A stretch of 61,875 nucleotides of DNA, counting the filler. It is 9 parts of 9 records of this genome, joined end to end, with 100 filler letters (N's around TTAATTAATTAA, not from the genome) between each part and the next. Parts side by side here need not be neighbours in the genome. Positions count along the whole stretch, not along the records: positions 49,321 to 55,806 come from SRR31147125_69048; positions 55,907 to 61,875 come from SRR31147125_69113; 7 more parts are not named here. One strand, 5' to 3'. The notes beneath the pieces were generated by a model. That model was not told the origin of the DNA. It saw nothing but the letters and a program-made list of their open reading frames with translations, and made no database searches. Position 1 is the stretch's first letter, and each line of letters begins with the position of its first letter. A program made the position numbers and the translations under genes. This document shows positions 55,040 through 61,875 of the stretch, piece after piece.

Positions 55040-55412
55040 AGCTTCATTACTTAAAAACCTGTGTAAGCTTAGCCCTTCCCAACATGCATGATATTTGATT
55101 TATAATACAACTTGTTTCTTGTGTCATTGTATTGTCATATTTCACGTATATCATACTCATCTTTATACATTATACTAACCATTAATATTTTTTATCTTTA
55201 TGACAAATGTAGAAATTGTCAATTTCTACACATTATAAATAGCTTCATTTTTCAAATACTCAAGTCGTTGGAAATATTTATTATCAATGACTTCTATCGC
55301 CTCTCTAAAATCTCCATTCAAATAAATTAGGAATTCCTGAATAACCACTAATTAAATTCGTATTTACACCCCTCTAGCTTATCAGCTAGATTGATTATTA
55401 TATCTCATATGG

Positions 55413-55806
55413 CTATCGAGACTTGCGCTTCCCAATTCTCTCAGCGCCATGTACAGTTTTGTTTAACTCCTTCAATTTCTTTATTGTAATCGAGTGGAGA
55501 TGATTTTTAGGTATGGTTTTTCTATTTTTAAGGGCTTCAACTTTTATAATCTGCCCAGGTCCATTGAACACCTCTTCGACCTTACCATCTTCGTGTACCT
55601 TTATTCCGAGAAAATAATCCGGAACATGATCAGCGGGAAAGGTGAGATTTTCCTGCATAGTAGTTTTTATTTGTACTTGCCAATCATTACTTGTCACTCC
55701 ATCATAATGTTTTGGTAAGCCTGGAAGTAATGCAACATCATAAATTTCAGAACAAAGGACCTCTCCTATATCCCCAACCAAACGTCCATCAAGCGTAAAA
55801 CGCTTA
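55413..55806 (-). CDS. DUF6998-like restriction-endonuclease-fold protein (5'-truncated)
   Basis: RFTLDGRLVGDIGE...HYDG...VQIKTT...EEVFNGPG. Confidence 0.65.
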
Positions 55807-55906
55807 NNNNNNNNNNNNNNNNNNNNNNNNNNNNNNNNNNNNNNNNNNNNTTAATTAATTAANNNNNNNNNNNNNNNNNNNNNNNNNNNNNNNNNNNNNN
55901 NNNNNN

Positions 55907-58127
55907 TCATGCCGTAGATGATGCCGAAGTTGATGGCCTTGGCCTGGCGCCTTAAATCGTCGGTAATCATCTGGGGAAACACCTGAAAAACCTCGGCGGC
56001 CGTGCGGCTGTGAATGTCCTCGTCTTGCTGGAAAGACTGAATCAGGATCGGATCCTCTGAGCAGTGGGCCAGGATGCGCAGTTCGATCTGGGAGTAGTCG
56101 GCCGAGAGGAATTGCCAGCCCTCGCGGGGGATGAATGCTTTCCTGATCTCGCGTCCCTCCTCGGTGCGAATGGGGATATTCTGCAGGTTGGGGTCGCTGC
56201 TGCTCAGCCGGCCAGTGGCGGCCACGGTCTGGTTGAAAGAGGTATGGATGCGTCCCGTCTCCGGGTGAATCATCTCCAGGAGGGCGTCGGCGTAGGTGGA
56301 CTTGAGCTTGGCCAGAGACCGGTGACGCAGCACAAGGGCCGGCAGTTCGTGATTGCGGGCCAGGGTGGTGAGTACTTCCACATCGGTGGAGTAGCCGGTT
56401 TTTTTCTTGGTTTTTTTCTGAACCGGCAACTTCAGCTTTTCAAACAGGATATGCCCCAGTTGCTGGGATGATTTGATGTTGAACGGTTCGCCGGCCAGAT
56501 GATGAATCTCTTTTTCCAGTTGCTCCAGTTGGCCGGCAAATAATTTGGACAGATCGTGAAGCTTGGCCTGATCCACACACACGCCGGCCATCTCCATCTG
56601 CAGCAGGACTGGCAGGAGAGGCATTTCCACATCCTTCATCAGGTCGGTCAACCCGCCTTCCCCAAGCAGCGGCGCGAACACCGCATGGGCCGATAGCGTG
56701 ATGTCGGCATCCTCACAGGCGTACGGCACCGCTTTTTCAACCATCACCTGATCAAAGGTAACGGCGTTTTTACCTTTGCCGGCGACCTCTTCATATTTGA
56801 TATTCTTGTGGCCCAGATAATCCAGGGCGATCTGGTCCAGGCCGTGGGCGTGTTTGCCGGGATTGAGCAGGTAGGAGGCGATCATGGTATCGAAGGCCAC
56901 CCCCTTGAGGTCCGTCCCGTGACGGCGCAGCACCATCCAGTCGTACTTGATGTTCTGACCGATTTTCTCGATTTTCGGGTCGCTGAGTACCGGCTGAAGA
57001 CGATCCAGGACCGTTTTCAGGGCAAGTTGGTCGGGCGCCCCCAGGTAGTTGTGGGCCACCGGGATGTACCAGGCCTGGCCGGGAATGACGGAAAAAGAGA
57101 GGCCCACCAGCCGTGCCTGCATGGGGTCCTGGGAGGTGGTCTCCGTGTCCAGGGCGAAGCACCCGGTTTCTTTCAGGCGTGCCACCAGCTCGTCCAGCCC
57201 CTTATCATTCATGATCGCCTGGTAATCACGTTCGATGGATTTGTCTTTTTGCGCATACTCCTGCTGAAGTTGCCTGAATTCCAGCTCGGCGAACAGGCGG
57301 CCCAGGGTATCCTCGTCCGGCCCCTGGCTTTTCAGCTGGTGCGCATCGAATTGGATCGGCGCGTGCCGGTCGATGGTCACCAGCTCCCGACTGAGCAATG
57401 CCTGCTTTTTGTTGGCGATCAGATTCTCACGTTGTTTTTTGGCGGTGATCGTGTCGATGCCATCATATACGGCGTCCATGCCGCCGAAGGTCTTGATGAG
57501 TTTGACCGCCGTTTTCTGGCCGATGCCGGGCACGCCGGGGATGTTGTCCGCGGTGTCGCCGGACAGGCCCATGACCTCGATCATCTGACGAGGCGTCAGC
57601 TCGAAGCTTTCTTTGACGAAGACGGGATCGATGATCTTGTCCTTCATGGGGTCCCAGATGGTGCATTGATCGGTGACCAGTTGCATGAAATCCTTGTCAC
57701 CGGTGACCATGATGACGTGAAAGCCGTTTTCTTCGGCTTGCCGGGCCAGGGTTCCGATCAGGTCGTCGGCCTCGTACCCCTGCATCTCGAAGATAGGGAT
57801 GTTGAACGCTTCGGTGACTTTGTGAATCCAGGGCAGCTGGGACACCAGGTCATCGGGCATGGGGGGCCGGTTGGCCTTGTATTCCGCATAGCGCTCATGA
57901 CGGAACGTGGGGCCTTTGGCGTCGAAGAACATGGCCACATGACTGGGGGTGCGGTCGGCCATCAATTTGATCAGCATGCGGGTGAATCCAAAGGTGGCGT
58001 TGGTGGGCAGGCCGCTGCTGTTGGACAACCCCCTGACCGCATGGTAGGCACGGTAGATATACGCACTGCCGTCGACCAGATACAAGGTTGGGGATGCCTT
58101 GGCGATTTCTTCCATTGACGTTGACAC
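55907..58127 (-). CDS. polA: DNA polymerase I (3'-truncated)
   Basis: 5'-3' exonuclease (LVDGSAYIYRAYH, EADD, GDTADNIPGV), 3'-5' exonuclease DTETT, and polymerase ADYSQIELR and RRQAKAINFG. Confidence 0.98.
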
Positions 58128-58226
58128 GGTTACGCTCCTGCATTAAAAAGCTTTGTTCGGTTTTTTTCGCGCATGGTAACATTAACCCTAATAAACAACA
58201 AGGTGCCAGCCGGCTGCCATTAGACT

Positions 58227-58450
58227 ATGAACGAAGAAGCGCCAATAAAAAAGCGTCGATCCCGGAGACGCAAGAAGGGGCCCAGAATCTGCCACCGTTG
58301 CAAAAAAGAATTCCCTTTTGCTGGACCTGCCGTTGCGGCTTCATGATGTGCCAGGAGTGCATGTATGATAATGTTTGGGGGTTATCCTGCAACGGCATCA
58401 CCTGGCAGTGCCCGGACTGCGGCGACTTGAACGGATTCGGCAACCAATAA
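58227..58450 (+). CDS. Small Cys-rich zinc-finger-like protein, about 74 aa (apparent frameshift near 58318)
   Basis: Reconstructed MNEEAPIKKRRSRRRKKGPRICHRCKKEFPFCWTCRCGFMMCQEC...CNGITWQCPDCG. Confidence 0.65.
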
Positions 58451-59368
58451 TGAAGCGCCAGCACCTCAAATCCGACCTCTTATTCCTGCTCAGCGCCACC
58501 ATCTGGGGCTTTGCCTTCGTGGCTCAGCGACTGGGCATGGAGCATGTGGGACCATACACCTTCAACGGCATCCGTTTTTTTCTGGGCGCCCTGGTACTGC
58601 TCCCGTTTATCTATCGCAACCGTAAAAAACAGGTCTCGTCAAACACCACTTTGGGTCCAGCCAATGCCAAAAGCGTGATCGTCTATGGGGGCTGGCCGGT
58701 ATCGCCCTTTTTAGCGCCGCATCGCTTCAGCAGGTCGGGCTGATTTACACCACCGCCGGGAAGGCAGGCTTCATCACCGGGTTGTACGTGGTCATCGTGC
58801 CTATCATGGGGCTGTTGTGGGGGCAGCGTACCCATGCGGGCACCTGGATCGGGGCCCTGTTGGCTGCCGGGGGTATGTACCTGCTCAGTATAAACGAGAA
58901 TTTAACAATAAGTTTCGGTGATTTACTCGAATTGATCGGGGCGGTGCTCTGGGCCACCCACATTCACTTGATCGGCTGGATGTCACCCAAGACAGACGCC
59001 TTGCCGCTGGCCTTCACCCAGTTTATGACCTGTGCCTAGCCAGCCTGGGGACGGCCGTGGTGACCGAAACCGCCGGCATCAGTGATATCGTTGCCGCCGC
59101 CCTGCCGATTCTATACGGTGGAGTTCTGTCCGTGGGGGTGGCCTACACCCTGCAGGTGGTGGCCCAGCGGCATGCCCACCCGGCCCATGCCGCCATCCTG
59201 CTCAGCCTGGAATCGGTCTTCGCCGCCGTGGGCGGCTGGCTGATCCTGAGCGAAATCATGACCGGCCGGGCCATGTTGGGATGTTTGCTGATGTTTGGCG
59301 GAATGCTGGTATCGCAGCTGTATGGATTGGTGGCTAAAGGAAAGCCTGCGGCGGGGTTGGTGGAATGA
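58450..59368 (+). CDS. DMT/EamA family transporter (apparent frameshifts near 58690 and 59035)
   Basis: ATIWGFAFVAQ, TTAGKAGFITGLYVVIVP and AILLSLESVFAA motifs. Confidence 0.88.
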
Positions 59369-59692
59369 GCGAATATCACAGCTCTACCCAAACCAGTGCT
59401 GAGTATTGGTATCTGCAAGCCAGTCTGAAACGATTTTCGTAAAAGGATTGTGGATATCTGTGATCGGCGCTGGCCTGTGGCTAGTTGGAGAAAGGTGAAA
59501 TAACCAAAATGTGACTGGGTGTTGATTTAGACGCTACGTATCTGCCGTTGAAACGGATTTCGATATTAAAAGGACGACTACCAGATATTGTAGCTGGCTT
59601 TTTTCTTTGGATATTTCGCCTTAATAACAGCATGCATGGGATGTTTATCGAAAACTGGGGACCACTTCATAATTTAGCCAAGAAAGAATCCT

Positions 59693-59986
59693 TTATGGTA
59701 GAGCACTAATGATATCTTTATATTCATCTTCGTTGAAAACACGAAAAGTTTCAGTTTTTACAGCTCCTCCAGATCCTATAGCAAGAGCTGCCTTTGCAAC
59801 CGCTTCATCATTAGGCGCTTCGGAAATTAAAACGATGTCATAGCGTCCCATTGCCAGATAGAATTGTTTCATTTCGGCACCGAACGCCTTAAAAACCCCT
59901 TTCGCGGCATCAAGTCTGGCGGGGCTCTCCTTTATTTTGGTGATTCCCTGCTTGGTATAATTAACCAAGGTAACGTATGTCGCCAT
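59693..59986 (-). CDS. GYD domain protein
   Basis: YVTLVNYTKQG...MGRYDIV...EAPND. Confidence 0.88.
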   Translation of the reverse strand: MATYVTLVNYTKQGITKIKESPARLDAAKGVFKAFGAEMKQFYLAMGRYDIVLISEAPNDEAVAKAALAIGSGGAVKTETFRVFNEDEYKDIISALP

Positions 59987-60302
59987 GATACAACCTCCTT
60001 ATTATTGTTTTGTGGTCCCCAGAATCTATAAAAAAAATTAGGCTGATCCGTACAGTATGAAATGTGATAAAGCGTCTACGCGGTTCTGCAATAAGTACAG
60101 GGAAGGGAAATTGTATTGAGTGAATAAGCGCAAGGTTGTGCAACTTTTCTATACATACACGGTTGATGGTGGTTGTTCAAGAAATTACATTGAAGGCAAA
60201 GGTTCCCATGCAAGGCTGCCGGACAGCATTCAGCAGTAGCTATCGATGATAGACGGAAACACAATCGCTATGAATCCGAATTATCGCTTTGTTGGCCAGT
60301 CG

Positions 60303-60956
60303 TCAACTGACCGCGCTGCAAATGGCGGCTGCCGCCGACTCAATGGATAGCGTCCCTGTATTTAACACAATATCATAATTCGCCGGATCGGCAATGTCGC
60401 TATGAAAATATTTTCGGATAAAGGCCCGGCGATCGGATTCGGTACGCATGACCCGGCGTTTGGCCTCATCTTTGGAGACACCAAAGGATTCGGCGACACA
60501 ACTCACCCGTCGGTCCATGGGAGCGATTATTCGCGCGCGGAAGCGGTTTTCCGGCGGTAGCACGAAATTAGCACCCCGACCCACGATAATCGCCGTGCCG
60601 TGTTTGCCTATCGCGCCAATCACGCGCATCAGTACCTGGGACATTTCGTCCGGCCAGAGATGCCGGTCACTGATGGCGGCCGACACCCAGTCTTCGATCA
60701 TGGATACCCCTCGTTCATCCAAGCTCCGGATGACGCGCGCTGTGGTGTCCGCATTTTCAGCCATGGCAGTGATTATTTCCTGATGAAATAGATCCAGGCC
60801 CAGGCGGTCAGCCACGGCCTGGGCTACCAGTTTGCCGCCACTGCCGGGCTGGCGGGAGAGGGTGATGACGGGCAACGGCTTGAGATCTTTCTTTTCCTGT
60901 CTGAGGATCTCCCAGCGCCGCACCTGCTCCTCGATGATTTGATGGATGGCTTTCAT
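60303..60956 (-). CDS. Cytidylate kinase-like family protein
   Basis: VITLSRQPGSGG, IIVGRGAN and YDIVLNT motifs. Confidence 0.88.
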   Translation of the reverse strand: MKAIHQIIEEQVRRWEILRQEKKDLKPLPVITLSRQPGSGGKLVAQAVADRLGLDLFHQEIITAMAENADTTARVIRSLDERGVSMIEDWVSAAISDRHLWPDEMSQVLMRVIGAIGKHGTAIIVGRGANFVLPPENRFRARIIAPMDRRVSCVAESFGVSKDEAKRRVMRTESDRRAFIRKYFHSDIADPANYDIVLNTGTLSIESAAAAICSAVS

Positions 60957-61226
60957 GGCGCCTCCTTCCTATTTGTGGGTTAATACCACCTGAACCGAGC
61001 GTTTCAACCGCTTTGCGGATGAAACGCGATATGATGGCGCCCGCTGACGGCTATTCACCGGGAGTGGAAGGAGCTCTTGAAAACCGACCGTGAGAGGGCT
61101 GAATCCGGACCGTGGCGTGTGTGCTGGACCAATCCATGGAGCGTGGACCAAAAAGGGGAAAAGGAACGACCAATGTGCAATCAGGTGCCGTTGACTCACC
61201 GGTAAAACTACCGACTATTTAAAAAA

Positions 61227-61255
61227 ACTATAGTCAACAACGGATTTTGTGTCAA
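61227..61255 (-). promoter_or_regulatory. Sigma70 promoter giving a leader of about 260 nt to the cytidylate-kinase-like gene
   Basis: Minus-strand TTGACA, 17 bp, TATAGT. Confidence 0.65.
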
Positions 61256-61257
61256 CT

Positions 61258-61297
61258 AAAAGCCCGAAGCCGTAATACTACGGTTTCGGGCTTTTTT
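61258..61297. terminator. Bidirectional intrinsic terminator after proX
   Basis: AAAAGCCCGAAGCCGTA-ATAC-TACGGTTTCGGGCTTTTTT. Confidence 0.85.
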
Positions 61298-61324
61298 CAG
61301 ACGGACATCAACCTACTGGATGCG

Positions 61325-61875
61325 TTATTTGGCCGCCTTGCGGGCTTCCGCCAACCAGCCGCTCCACGTATCCGTGTTGTTGGCAATCCATTCATCCACA
61401 TGTTTTTTAATGTCTTTTTCGGATTTTTCACCTTCGTTCATGCGGGTGTTTTGTGCACTGATGTCTTCCAGCGGGAGGGAGAATATCTCGAAAAACTTTT
61501 TGGCGGCCGGGTTGCTTTCCGCGAACTTTTTGTTGGCCACGATGCGAATGTCGTTAACCACGAATCCCATTTTGAGTGGACTACTGACCGCACCTTTCAC
61601 GTTCTCAACGATCATACGGTCTTCGGATCCTATTTGAGCCTCGCTGGCATTGATTTCGGGTACGTTGATCCACATCACATCCTCACCCGGTTTCAGCTTG
61701 AAGATGGTCCAGTTGGGCGTCCAGGTGTAGAAAAGGGCAGGTCCCCCACTCTTGAATGTGCCAATCGTTGATGCCATGCCGGCTTCATAGGCTGCTTTGA
61801 CCGGATTGATATGGTCATCGAGACCATAGACGTCCATATGGTGCGCAATCACTTTTTCACAGCCCCATCCCGGGG
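61325..61875 (-). CDS. proX: Glycine betaine/proline ABC transporter substrate-binding protein (5'-truncated)
   Basis: PGWGC, FYTWTPNW, IVANKKFAESNPAA and DISAQN motifs. Confidence 0.88.
   Translation of the reverse strand, partial: PGWGCEKVIAHHMDVYGLDDHINPVKAAYEAGMASTIGTFKSGGPALFYTWTPNWTIFKLKPGEDVMWINVPEINASEAQIGSEDRMIVENVKGAVSSPLKMGFVVNDIRIVANKKFAESNPAAKKFFEIFSLPLEDISAQNTRMNEGEKSEKDIKKHVDEWIANNTDTWSGWLAEARKAAK

Noticed and set aside
55201-55230. AATTTCTAC resembling a Cas12a repeat
   Set aside because: Single copy, no spacers and no cas genes. It is simply one arm of a palindrome.
9748-55906. Recurring TTAATTAATTAA within N runs, and gene adjacencies across them
   Set aside because: Artificial linkers. 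ORFs running into them are artefacts, and neighbours across linkers (for example ndh2 and ribF, or phage PolA and host polA) are not biologically linked.
274-58118. Long antisense ORFs (274-1281, 4381-5619, 5620-6324, 14890-15603, 56808-58118)
   Set aside because: Shadow frames of GC-rich real genes, with no motifs of their own.
1250-59040. Frameshifts in ydhV, fmt, LacI, both activators, phage PolA, DMT and others as programmed frameshifting or pseudogenes
   Set aside because: They occur in most contigs, including in a housekeeping gene (fmt), mostly at homopolymers. This fits sequencing indel error. Only the IS3 A7G site fits a known programmed frameshift.

Overview
This window is not one locus. 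It is nine unrelated contigs joined by 100-nt N-linkers that carry TTAATTAATTAA, and it looks like an anaerobic-sediment metagenome. Taxonomic labels are inferred from gene content and GC. Many single-base frameshifts, most at homopolymers, look like sequencing errors. (1) 1-9747, spirochaete-like: a YdhV-type aldehyde:ferredoxin oxidoreductase with YdhW-like, fdhD and tatC/B/A genes; a Listeria-EET-type Ndh2 whose membrane loop holds five D-A-V-[ST]-A-[AS]-S flavinylation-like repeats; a polyprenyl synthase; and an MCP with two CZB domains. (2) 9848-17754, Desulfobacterales-like: partial tRNA-Leu, ribF, def, fmt, rsmB, rpe, mqnB, a ModE-like regulator and a formate dehydrogenase. (3) 17855-23786: flgE, flgD, an ankyrin gene, an att-like scar and an IS3. 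(4) 23887-29328: IS debris, then a LacI gene divergent from a YbiW-related glycyl radical enzyme. (5) 29429-35698, Bacteroidota-like: a LytTR regulator, a membrane-anchored hypothetical protein and HigB with HigA-IrrE. (6) 35799-43067, low-GC anaerobe: a flavonoid catabolism island with phy, flr, cidA/lrgB, rpoN, LysR, a sigma54 activator and a sigma54-driven cupin. (7) 43168-49220: a TPR-GAF sigma54 activator, abfD and a USP. (8) 49321-55806: a phage/ICE replication module (DUF2800, DUF2815, PolA) followed by low-GC cargo with two nuclease-like genes and a candidate sRNA flanked by a promoter and terminator. (9) 55907-61875: polA, a Cys-rich microprotein, a DMT transporter, a GYD protein, a cytidylate-kinase-like gene with a long structured leader, and proX. 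The best leads are the multi-flavinylation-like Ndh2, the divergent glycyl radical enzyme, the flavonoid island and the candidate sRNA. No CRISPR array was found.
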